This document shows positions 20,501 to 27,605 of a stretch of DNA of 64,000 bases, in pieces. The translations under genes and the position numbers were made by a program. A model generated the notes under the pieces. That model was not told where the DNA came from and did not search any database. It saw nothing but the letters and a program-made list of their open reading frames with translations. The stretch lies in IMG/VR virus record IMGVR_UViG_3300033388_003316; one strand, written 5' to 3'. Position 1 is the first letter of the stretch. The number at the start of each line of letters is the position of its first letter. The DNA comes from an uncultured virus (IMG/VR IMGVR_UViG_3300033388_003316) (Duplodnaviria; Heunggongvirae; Uroviricota; Caudoviricetes).

Positions 20501-20823
20501 AAGGTTTTAGGGGAACATCAAAAAGTATAATTAAAATTATTTATTTTAATGACCCAGAAGTTATATCTTACTTTAGTAATTATAAAGGTTATAATAGAGA
20601 CATGGTAAAATATAGTTGTAATCATGACCACCATCTACATGTTAGTTTTAATTTACCAGATAGGATAGCAGACGATGAATCTAACGGTTATATTATCTGT
20701 AAAGAACAAATACCCCCATCACCATTCGATGTTAGTGGCACTAATGGACAACTTAGTTTAGAGCCAATACCTCGTAACGTTAGAAAATCAATAAATAAAT
20801 TAAATTATTTAGGGAAAATATAA
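14545..20823 (+). CDS. Large baseplate hub protein with a C-terminal MepA-like (LAS) murein endopeptidase
   Basis: Hub-like motifs (GITGIKIDFN..YTPLITINFTDIRG; SAEIEMMGNAQIQPLMYFQL..VPMFHGAY.I.KVSH). C-terminal NDLS..GGG..SSHSTHKEGLSMDF and HDHHLHVSF Zn motifs. Confidence 0.75.
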   Translation: MGNKKSNINPASYENGKVILVDPNPENSEIVTPEDLNIAVKLRTVRRERSSIVVDSSTTEGTVTINNGTNGNVINFISGSITGGDQSLTTHYTEINTDFNKSNNDLETLGITGIKIDFNSSYTPLITINFTDIRGQLFQMGNESPYNVFFNLPYPVFELTIKGYYGKAVTYCLHLTKFNGKLNDKTGNYEITTQFVGYTFAFLSDMLMGYLRAVPYTTCGSTQIENKNNEVVNIDGKEFSNTFFTFDELQDGVLDLNIELLKLKHDDSKIAALSLAENIIVSLETLKDQIKTLLDNVTKDSTILKTYGNFVTIVKTPEGKNTQKITNAENAFNRTISLMVKEINEKLTAKYRLNESTYKIINNDTKLNRVKKSDFTLHEQSDYQVLMGEEKNKPRQIPKLMVDSDNSGSDYEKFRDFIESLPEIKDEFIIYDLSNALDDLTEKINNLKTDTATAKEEVATKFSEVIGDTLGKIDENGEPILPFEPTVLNFFKILSDHIDIFMTCLRNLSDRIESNPEKRKKHLSGVLNGLDIINGDDTIENLKAWPDYKEKDNKVNGYVDKWIGNKAPFLEEVVFVEEMLTGLLKAKQRDNEFLTKVEEGFPNWYPVNPFDTSLFGDSFTNPWVSIEDKDDSEVIRLMLLRAVTFIGFSHRGGLTDHEVRAMGRIEANNAYSSIKNKEIKDAIRYYTNNGQDDVRTISEQIIKDAISGKPEWKNYAKRINGDSIINKELTTYSSTLGGVEIEYDLSIFGYQLAKFGGQKTIKFGEYVYVPAFEDYTTLDGVIQDKLNENIKNSSWNKNEIAQFIPLYNPNNDNRLYGGGYLAVKTTEDPYWGNQSDDNTIVTNAERIKLRDDENAVFFSNYLGGNSDSTIGREDDGATWFEILEDGDYYRKPDLRFPDYANKILEEEGILNSPIATLENSYGFLWDSNNISENTSVFGGLHKTHEFINVRVDGEYTVAGQSEIPAYLMFYSDTSNSRPIFTGSRKLLDDGTDVAYSEFDIQFDSEIINGEKIITKIYPDEGVKSNANKIKACNGIDRQGSILTKRLSSDKNNELGLNKSAIYQSETDSGRVNLGTPFLGFKVYKQFAFSDEQDPLNGFGNFEHFSTFGSDLYYSQDNEYAKAYLFLHSIPFDGMVYNTNGTFGELGNIFVDSNRGNGLFSKTIQSFFNQRAAFIQTPHSWLLFLGSIIKREWDSVEGGGEYLKFVDDSNDYSLIPYVTSDGPVPAYNEYCLPNLTTNEVFGFQTKIDTPNINRNDFTEVERTIKFLPWNIKKTLVDYFENWVDNNDTKLGWKAIKNELQLFKDGVTKSERINYWRGFRTRLSNDPLDLYTDPIINPKAVFNYIIISKDEKHKDRVNLPSDGKKLIKDVNLTNNASEANTITKNADIGTPFNFFLEMRDESDGVNIMFDFLTATKICANASWRPWASDAEVPVPGRRHPFRFDNDKLGTYVNGFIQEFIDLHTDDESVDKQLKLNQELFQTTNNDDIKLNIYKNLKSIHDKWIAGGLSKCGVTRLIDHFKFIDRSYKDISTDFKVNPTNMVEHMVNNYNQSFYEYTARVLTDNNFDFIPLPSWINYNSKEEIENVFRTYSYIDTFNKSEDNYGGPQFICMYIGERSNKLDLGNKSSYGNDGFDFKIKDGSVDVDNLPVDFSSPISGDTSKVPVFLVKYSDPNQSVFKGFKLDQSEFTETDESLKVIDDIANKGGPNHASGVGQNLFNVYNTRAYSAEIEMMGNAQIQPLMYFQLSSVPMFHGAYTIIKVSHVIKPNSMSTTFKGVRIRHVKTKMVDDTIIFMNLIGSLTDVQFGSADLDDLSKTSDSETNNSNNNSSVRATGGPNTPPWSGCITYRLKENKGLKAQDSDKLKNAINGKSGKKIYPWCVEEVGKFMEYIGIKWHEYSKDKTHGDTIFFNDLSVYGGGNISSHSTHKEGLSMDFRQVRTDKENIGLKIFSNYDDKKCSKPTTTILNSKYDRDATIELIELLLDEGLKLKGFRGTSKSIIKIIYFNDPEVISYFSNYKGYNRDMVKYSCNHDHHLHVSFNLPDRIADDESNGYIICKEQIPPSPFDVSGTNGQLSLEPIPRNVRKSINKLNYLGKI

Positions 20824-20829
20824 AATATT

Positions 20830-21399
20830 ATGACAAAATACGAAAAAGCATTATTAGATTTAATTGCATATACTGAAGGTACATTAGGTGTTTCAAACAA
20901 TGGTTATGATGTTACAGTTGGTTTTTATAAAATAGTAGGGTGGGAACCAAACACAAATATAATTCACGGATTAAATAACTGGCGTAGGAAGATAGGTAAT
21001 ATTTATTCAACTGCGGCTGGTAGGTACCAGTTTTTAGGTTCAACTTGGACTGGTCGTTGGGTTGGTGGTACTAAAACAAAAAAAGGTGAAAATGTGCCTA
21101 TGACTAAAGAAAATCAAGACTCAGCAGCGTTGTGGTTGATAAATAAGAGACTTAAACAAACTTTTCTTGAAAGTACGAGTATCACAACTAACCAAATAAC
21201 AAATAAAACTAACTTTTATATAGTATTACAAAAATTAGCACCAGAATGGGCATCAATACCTTTAACCAAAACAGTTACAGTCAAAGGTGTTAAACATTAT
21301 GCTGGTTCAAGTTATTATGCTAGTGATGGTACTAACAAAACCAAACACACACCAGATAATTTATGGAAAATATATCAAAAAGCATTAGCATTATATTAA
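20830..21399 (+). CDS. Lambda gpR-type lysozyme / lytic transglycosylase
   Basis: ALLDLIAYTEGT (catalytic Glu), GYDV, STAAGRYQFL..TW, QD.AA..LI, EWASIP. Confidence 0.9.
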   Translation: MTKYEKALLDLIAYTEGTLGVSNNGYDVTVGFYKIVGWEPNTNIIHGLNNWRRKIGNIYSTAAGRYQFLGSTWTGRWVGGTKTKKGENVPMTKENQDSAALWLINKRLKQTFLESTSITTNQITNKTNFYIVLQKLAPEWASIPLTKTVTVKGVKHYAGSSYYASDGTNKTKHTPDNLWKIYQKALALY

Positions 21400-21408
21400 A
21401 ACTTTTTG

Positions 21409-21416
21409 TATATTTG
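21409..21416 (+). promoter_or_regulatory. Bacteroidota-type -7 element (TAnnTTTG)
   Basis: TATATTTG, with TTAG ending 20 nt upstream; 5 nt before ATG 21422. Confidence 0.5.
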
Positions 21417-21421
21417 TGAAT

Positions 21422-22024
21422 ATGAAGATTGGGAATATTGTATCAAACACAACATTAAAGGTAGGTAAAGAATTTAATGTTGTTAGTTCACTAAATAATA
21501 TTATTGAGGGTATACCAACCCTTATTGTCGGATATAATATAGTCAAAGAAAAATTCGGTGACGACCTAGATTTTATTGAAAGAAAAATAGATGGTATTTA
21601 CTGGACATTCACGAAATATGAACAAAAAAAATACCACACCCCAGATTTAAATAAGTTTATTGACTATTGTTTCAAAAAATATGTTAAAAATATAAATTAT
21701 ATTTTTGTTGACCCCATTCAATTTTCAAAAAACAAAATAAAGAAGGTTATAAATAAAATACAAAACATTAAAGAGCCAATTACTTATGTAACAGACAACA
21801 ACATGTTATATATATTTGGTGATAATTTAATATTTGGTATTGACCTAAAACTAATTAAATACATTGGAATCAATGATACTAAAATTAAATATCGTTTAAA
21901 GTCAATATCTAAAGCGTTTTTGGAAGGTAACGAAATACTTATTGAATATAAAGATTACTTGGAAAGACTAAACAACCAAACCAAGTACATACCACTTTTA
22001 CATTCAATAAGTAAATATGAATAA
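21422..22024 (+). CDS. Hypothetical protein
   Basis: About 200 aa ORF (IPTLIVGY, YWTFTKYE); ATG 21422 preferred over GTG 21416. Confidence 0.75.
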   Translation: MKIGNIVSNTTLKVGKEFNVVSSLNNIIEGIPTLIVGYNIVKEKFGDDLDFIERKIDGIYWTFTKYEQKKYHTPDLNKFIDYCFKKYVKNINYIFVDPIQFSKNKIKKVINKIQNIKEPITYVTDNNMLYIFGDNLIFGIDLKLIKYIGINDTKIKYRLKSISKAFLEGNEILIEYKDYLERLNNQTKYIPLLHSISKYE

Positions 22025-22421
22025 AAGAATATTATTAGCGAGCTTCATTTTTCCAGAAAGATTGGAATGGTTTCTTAATTACTTAGAAAATAAATTTAAC
22101 ATACCTAAAGAAAAAGTGTTTGTATTTAATAATATAGATGATGAATCTAAACTTATAGTCACATTCAAACTTTCATTAATTAACGGTAAAAAAATTAACC
22201 TAAAGAAATATTTCCCAAACGCAATACCTATACATAAAAAAGGTACAGCTATATATACAATCAATGCATTAAATAAATTGATTGAAAAAGAAACTGGTTT
22301 AGATATCGGAAACATTAACTACAAGAATCATAGGGTTGAATGGGATGATTACCAAGATAATTTGATTCTAAACAACAACAACGAACTCACTATTTATAGA
22401 ATTAAGCGTGTTTTTCTTTAA
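22017..22421 (+). CDS. Hypothetical protein
   Basis: 134 aa overlapping ORF, IHKK...IYTINALNKLI. Confidence 0.75.
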   Translation: MNKRILLASFIFPERLEWFLNYLENKFNIPKEKVFVFNNIDDESKLIVTFKLSLINGKKINLKKYFPNAIPIHKKGTAIYTINALNKLIEKETGLDIGNINYKNHRVEWDDYQDNLILNNNNELTIYRIKRVFL

Positions 22422-22428
22422 TTTCTTA

Positions 22429-22436
22429 ATATTTAT
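22429..22436 (+). promoter_or_regulatory. Putative late promoter ATATTTAT
   Basis: Upstream of ATG 22468. Confidence 0.55.
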
Positions 22437-22467
22437 TACTATAATAACTACTAGTAAAACAAACGTT

Positions 22468-22647
22468 ATGAATAATAATAAAAAGAAAAAAGACCTTGAT
22501 AAAAAATTAGATTCATTTTTACAAGGACAATCAGATATGGATTGTACAGGTGACGAGTGTGTCATAAAAACTGACAAAAGTTTAGTTGAAAGAATTAATA
22601 AAAAAATAATCACCGATGATGGTACGGGTAGAGAATTATTAATGTAA
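22468..22647 (+). CDS. Small hypothetical protein
   Basis: ATG 22468 is in frame with the track ORF 22408; LDKKLDSFL, CTGDECVIK, LVER..K.IITDDG.RELL. Confidence 0.7.
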   Translation: MNNNKKKKDLDKKLDSFLQGQSDMDCTGDECVIKTDKSLVERINKKIITDDGTGRELLM

Positions 22648-22651
22648 TCAT

Positions 22652-23458
22652 ATGAAAAGGAAACACAATAAAGAACTTTTAAATGAGGAATTGAAAAGAT
22701 TTAATCAAATCAACGAATATGATTTTTATATTGGGGAAGACAAGGAAGAGCATGATGATGTTGATAATTTAATTCTTGGTGAAGAAGGTGAAGAAGATGA
22801 ACTACCAGCTGACGATTCAAAAACAGCAGAAATGGGTGGGGATGATATTTCAGACCTAGAAGGTGGTGAAGATGAATTACCAGTTGACGATATGGGACCA
22901 GAAGATGAGTTTTCTGATGATGAATTACCAGTTGACGACATGGAACCATCAGATGATGAAATACCAGAAGATGGTTTTTCTGATGATGAAATACCAGTTG
23001 ACAACATGGAATCATCTGATGATGAAGTGGAATTAGACGTAACTGAGTTGGTTAGTGGTACAGAAGAAGCAAAAGAAAGTGCTGATATGGCAAACCAAAA
23101 ATTAGACCAACTAATGGGGGTGTTAGACCAGTTAGACCAAAAAATGGCATCTATGGACGGTATAACAAACAAAATAGATAATTTAGAAAATGAATTGGAA
23201 AAAAGAGCACCCACACCAGATGAAAAATTAGAAATGAGGTCATTAGATTCATATCCATACAACCTTAGACTTACAGATTTTTGGTCCGATAAAGAAGGTC
23301 AATATGACGTTATGGGTGTTAATGATGACAATCAAAAAGAAGTAAAACCAGAAGAATACACACTAACCATGGATGATATTAATAGTGATTACAATGAATC
23401 ATCAGTTAAATCAACATTTGATGATAATAGTGAGTATGAAGAAGAAGATATAATGTAA
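22652..23458 (+). CDS. Highly acidic protein with internal repeats and a coiled coil (possible scaffold/head-internal protein)
   Basis: LLNEELKRFNQINEY N-terminus; repeated (D)DE[LI]P[VAE]DD; coiled coil; PTPDEKLEMRSLDSYPYN.RLTDFW. Confidence 0.75.
   Translation: MKRKHNKELLNEELKRFNQINEYDFYIGEDKEEHDDVDNLILGEEGEEDELPADDSKTAEMGGDDISDLEGGEDELPVDDMGPEDEFSDDELPVDDMEPSDDEIPEDGFSDDEIPVDNMESSDDEVELDVTELVSGTEEAKESADMANQKLDQLMGVLDQLDQKMASMDGITNKIDNLENELEKRAPTPDEKLEMRSLDSYPYNLRLTDFWSDKEGQYDVMGVNDDNQKEVKPEEYTLTMDDINSDYNESSVKSTFDDNSEYEEEDIM
22795..23025 (+). repeat. Imperfect in-frame coding repeats (DELPVDDM-type)
   Basis: GATGAATTACCAGTTGACGA-like units recur several times. Confidence 0.7.
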
Positions 23459-23478
23459 TTAATTCACACACAGATAAG

Positions 23479-23515
23479 TAAAACACAATCAGAAATGGTT
23501 GTGTTTTTATTTTTA
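23479..23515 (+). terminator. Intrinsic terminator
   Basis: AAAACACAATC-AGAAAT-GGTTGTGTTTT plus T-rich tail. Confidence 0.7.
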
Positions 23516-23679
23516 CTTAAAAATAAAAAATTTATTTAAAAAACCTTGCGGAATACAAAAAAACATAGTTATTTTGTGGTAAATTAAAACCTTATAAGTA
23601 ATTATGTTGTTAAATAAAAATGATTAGAGTTAAACCATTAAAAATTAAATTTTATGGTCAAAAAAACTAATCAATTTAC

Positions 23680-23707
23680 TTGACATTTTAAGGTTTTTTA
23701 TTATAAT
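23680..23707 (+). promoter_or_regulatory. Canonical sigma70-type promoter TTGACA-16-TATAAT
   Basis: Perfect hexamers at 23680-23685 and 23702-23707, upstream of the SSB/replication operon. Confidence 0.65.
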
Positions 23708-23804
23708 TTAAATATAACAAGTTATACTTAAAACAAACCAAATAAGTAAATCAAATAAGTAAAATAAATAATAAAATAGTTAAACTAGAAAAAAAAAACA
23801 AACT

Positions 23805-24713
23805 ATGAGTAATTTAGATGCGATATTAAAACAATATCAAAACAACACAAGCAACGCTTCGAAAAGAATGACTAACGAGGAAAGATTAAAACAATATTTC
23901 ACGACTTTCCTACCAGATGGTGTTAATTCATTAGTGAAAAAAATTAGGATATTACCAGTTTCAGAAAATGAGTCACCATTCGTAGAAATTATGGGTCACA
24001 AAGCTCAAGTTAATGGACAATGGAGAACTTTTATTTGCCCAAAACATGAAAAAGATGAGGATTGTCCGTTTTGTGAAGCTAGAAGTGCTTTATTAGCTAC
24101 AGGTGAAGATAGTGACAAACAATTGGCTAAAAACTATTCAGCTAGAAAAATGTATGTGGTTAAAGTAATTGATAGAGCACACGAGGATGAAGGGCCAAAG
24201 TTTTGGAGATTTAACCATGATTATAGAAAAACAGGTATTTTTGATAAAATTTTTGCAGTACTAGGTGCTGTTTCTGAATCAACAGCACCAGACATTATGG
24301 ACATTAAAAACGGTAGGGATTTGATAATCAATATTACCAGAAACCAAAACGGAATACCAACGGTAAACTCAATCATAAATGGAGACCCGTCACCGTTACA
24401 TTCGGATTCAGAAACAATCCAAAATTGGTTAAACCATGACAAATCATGGGAAGATGTGTATAGTATTAAACCTTACTCTTACTTAGAAATCATAGTAAAA
24501 GGTGGTGAACCAACTTGGAAAAAGAACCCTAACGGTGAAGGTGGAAGTTGGGTAGATAAAAACGCACCAGAAGTTGAAGTTATTGATAATTCAGAAGATG
24601 AGTTAACGATAGGTTCTGACGTAACACCTGAAAACAAACCAAATGTTGGGACTTCAACAACAACTAGTAATAGTGAAGAATCTTCTGAAGTAGATGATGA
24701 CTTACCATTCTAA
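23805..24713 (+). CDS. Single-stranded DNA-binding protein (T4 gp32-like)
   Basis: IRILP, H..., CPK...CPFCE Zn site, YVVKVIDR..EDEGPKFWRF, GRDL.I, acidic tail ending DDDLPF. Confidence 0.85.
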   Translation: MSNLDAILKQYQNNTSNASKRMTNEERLKQYFTTFLPDGVNSLVKKIRILPVSENESPFVEIMGHKAQVNGQWRTFICPKHEKDEDCPFCEARSALLATGEDSDKQLAKNYSARKMYVVKVIDRAHEDEGPKFWRFNHDYRKTGIFDKIFAVLGAVSESTAPDIMDIKNGRDLIINITRNQNGIPTVNSIINGDPSPLHSDSETIQNWLNHDKSWEDVYSIKPYSYLEIIVKGGEPTWKKNPNGEGGSWVDKNAPEVEVIDNSEDELTIGSDVTPENKPNVGTSTTTSNSEESSEVDDDLPF

Positions 24714-24719
24714 TTTAAA

Positions 24720-24749
24720 TAAAAGGGTGAAGATAATTCACCCTTTTTA
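24720..24749 (+). terminator. Intrinsic terminator
   Basis: AAAAGGGTGAA-GATAA-TTCACCCTTTT. Confidence 0.8.
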
Positions 24750-24792
24750 GTTTTAATAAAAAAAATAATACAAATAACACAAATAATACATA

Positions 24793-25899
24793 ATGGCAAA
24801 AAAACAAGCACCAAAAAAAGTAATTAAAAAAGATGAATTTGATTTAGATTCGTTTTTAACAGGCGAAGGGTTAAATTCTGAACCAACTGACAAACCACTT
24901 TCATGGATACCACTAAAAAAACCTTGGTTCGATGCATTAAATATACCTGGTTTTCCTAGAGGTTTTGTTAGTTTAGTTAGAGGGTACTCAAATACAGGTA
25001 AGTCTACAGCATTTTACGAAACAATTGCTGGTGCACAAATGATAGGTGATTTTCCAATCGTAATTGAAACAGAAGGTAACTGGAACTGGGAACATGCACA
25101 ACAATGTGGTGTTAAATTTAAAGAGATAGTTGATGAGACAACTGGTGAGGTTACAGTTAAACCAGATGGTTTTATGTTAATGAAAAATCATGATTTATAT
25201 CAACGATATAAAAATTATGACCACAAAGATTGTAAAATGACTTCTAAAGCAACTAGGGGTGAACCAGTTATTGAAGATGTAGCCCTATTTATTAGTGAAA
25301 TGATTAAAAAACAAGAGGATGGTCAATTACCAAAAAACCTAGTTTTTTTATGGGATTCTATAGGGACATTAAATTGTTATAAATCTGCTGTTTCAAATGC
25401 AAGTAATAACATGTGGAACGCTGGAGCTATGGGTGCATTTCAAGCAATAGTTAATTTTAAAATACCATCAAGTAGAAGTGCTGACAATGAGTTTATCAAT
25501 TCATTTATTTGTGTTCAAAAAATATGGTTAGATAGTATGAATGGTACAGTAATCAAACACAAGGGTGGTGAGTTTATGTATTTTAATTCTAGAATTATAG
25601 TACATTTAGGTGGTATATTAACCCACGGAACTAAGAATTTAAAAGCCACTTCATTGGGTCAAAACTTTCAATATGGTATTGAAACTAAGGCTAAATGTGT
25701 TAAAAACCATATCAATGGTATTGAAAAAGAAGGTAAGTTAGCGTCCACACCATTTGGTTTCGCAAACCCAGAAGAATTAGGTGAATGGAAAAAACAACAT
25801 CGTGAATTCATTCATAATTCTTTGAGTGTACCATATGATGCAGTCATTGACTACACCGAAGAAGAAGGTCAAATGGGTGATGAGGATACAAATGCTTAA
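24793..25899 (+). CDS. uvsX: RecA/UvsX-like recombinase
   Basis: GFPRG, Walker A GYSNTGKST, IETEG, Walker B FLWDSIG, KGGE, VKNH. Confidence 0.85.
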   Translation: MAKKQAPKKVIKKDEFDLDSFLTGEGLNSEPTDKPLSWIPLKKPWFDALNIPGFPRGFVSLVRGYSNTGKSTAFYETIAGAQMIGDFPIVIETEGNWNWEHAQQCGVKFKEIVDETTGEVTVKPDGFMLMKNHDLYQRYKNYDHKDCKMTSKATRGEPVIEDVALFISEMIKKQEDGQLPKNLVFLWDSIGTLNCYKSAVSNASNNMWNAGAMGAFQAIVNFKIPSSRSADNEFINSFICVQKIWLDSMNGTVIKHKGGEFMYFNSRIIVHLGGILTHGTKNLKATSLGQNFQYGIETKAKCVKNHINGIEKEGKLASTPFGFANPEELGEWKKQHREFIHNSLSVPYDAVIDYTEEEGQMGDEDTNA

Positions 25900-25959
25900 A
25901 CAAACGTTCCTTTAAATTAAAAAGTGTAAATTTAGTGTTAACCCTTTAAATATGATAAA

Positions 25960-27042
25960 ATGGGTAGAAGACCGCCAAAAAGTGGTACAAAAGTAAAAGA
26001 AATAAATACATTAGTAGTCGATGGAAATGCGTTATTTAAAACGGGTTTCCACGGTGCTAGTAACGAATTTAACCGTAAAGGTCAACATATCGGAGGTATT
26101 TATCAATTCATAACCATAATCAGGAAGTTATTAAATGAAAATTTATATCAGAAAGTTTTTGTCTTTTGGGACGGAAGCTTTTCTGGTAAACTTCGTTATG
26201 ATATATATCCAGATTATAAAATTAGTCGAGGTAAAGATTATATTAATGGGACTAAACCAGATGACCCAAACCAAATAATTGAAAGAGCTAAAGTCCAACA
26301 ATATCTTGAGGATTTATTTATAAGACAAATTAGAAACGAAAACATCGTTGAAGGTGATGATTTTATAGCTTACTATTGTAAACATAAAAAATCAAATGAA
26401 AAAGTAACTATAATCACAAATGACATGGATATTTGTCAATTAGTTTCAAAGGATATACAAATTTATTTATTAGGTAAAGGTAAGAAGTTTTATGTTACTG
26501 ATTACAATTATAGTCAAATATTTGGGCATCACCCCGATAATTTGGTACTAATTAAAACAATTTGTGGTGACGTAAGTGACTCAATTAAAGGTGTTAAGGG
26601 GTTAGGTGAAAAAACTTTATTGAAATATTTCCCAATTATTAAAGAAAGACCCGTATCTTTGCAAGAAATAAAGAGTCTAGCACAAGAAATTCAAAATGAA
26701 AGAAAAGAAACCAAAAAGAAGCCCCTAAAAGCCTTAAGTAATCTATTAGAAGGTGTAACTACAGATATAAGTGGTAAAGAAACCATAATACTGGGGCAAC
26801 AACTATATGATAGAAATAAGTCACTAGTTGATTTGAGTACACCATTAATGACAAAAGATAGTGTGATTAAAATAAAAGACCTTATGCGGTGTGATATAGA
26901 CCCAGAAGGTAGGGGAATAAAAGAAGCTTATATCAAAATGAAACGTGATGGGATTGATGATAAAGTAGGTGATTATGGAATTGAATACTTAATGCCATTT
27001 AAGAAATTAATCGAACGTGAGAAAAAAAGTGTAATTAATTAA
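25960..27042 (+). CDS. 5'-3' exonuclease / RNase H (FEN, PolI N-terminal-like)
   Basis: LVVDGNAL, FWDG, YPDYK..R, EGDDFIA, TNDMDICQL, GDVSDSIKGVKGLGEKT. Confidence 0.9.
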   Translation: MGRRPPKSGTKVKEINTLVVDGNALFKTGFHGASNEFNRKGQHIGGIYQFITIIRKLLNENLYQKVFVFWDGSFSGKLRYDIYPDYKISRGKDYINGTKPDDPNQIIERAKVQQYLEDLFIRQIRNENIVEGDDFIAYYCKHKKSNEKVTIITNDMDICQLVSKDIQIYLLGKGKKFYVTDYNYSQIFGHHPDNLVLIKTICGDVSDSIKGVKGLGEKTLLKYFPIIKERPVSLQEIKSLAQEIQNERKETKKKPLKALSNLLEGVTTDISGKETIILGQQLYDRNKSLVDLSTPLMTKDSVIKIKDLMRCDIDPEGRGIKEAYIKMKRDGIDDKVGDYGIEYLMPFKKLIEREKKSVIN

Positions 27043-27055
27043 AACAACAATATAA

Positions 27056-27571
27056 ATGAAAAAGATTGAGAAACAAAGATTTGAATTTTTACTATTAATT
27101 AACGGTAATATAATTTGTCAAAGGTATTTTGACATAAGAAACTACAATGATGATTCTAGACAATCATTAGAGATGAAAGAATTGTTAGGGACAATTGCTG
27201 GTACTAACAATACTGAACATGGGATGTTAGGTATGATACCTAAATATTTGCAAGATAAAACTAGAGAATATCTTTGGGGTTACTATAGACCATATACACC
27301 ACAAAAAACTGAAGACATCAACAGAAGAAACATATATGATAAAGTAGATACATTTGGTTTTCAAATTAAGGTTGATGGTGAAGTTGTTGGTGAGACAGCT
27401 TTTAGTGGTAATGTATTCCCACCAAAAGTTAGATACCAAGTAAATATTAAAGATATTATACCAGATATTATCTATGAAATTAGACAATGTTTGAGTAAAA
27501 GAAATTATACTGATGAGTATCATAATACTCCATTAAAATTTAAGACAATTCACCAAGAGTTTGAGGGATAA
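27056..27571 (+). CDS. Hypothetical protein
   Basis: 171 aa ORF in the replication operon (NGNIICQRYF, FPPKVRYQVNI). Confidence 0.75.
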   Translation: MKKIEKQRFEFLLLINGNIICQRYFDIRNYNDDSRQSLEMKELLGTIAGTNNTEHGMLGMIPKYLQDKTREYLWGYYRPYTPQKTEDINRRNIYDKVDTFGFQIKVDGEVVGETAFSGNVFPPKVRYQVNIKDIIPDIIYEIRQCLSKRNYTDEYHNTPLKFKTIHQEFEG

Positions 27572-27605
27572 TTTAATATTTATTTAAAACAAGGGTTTTA
27601 GTAAT

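Noticed and set aside
22795..23025. Repeats as a possible CRISPR array
   Set aside because: Degenerate, in-frame coding repeats of an acidic protein with no unique spacers
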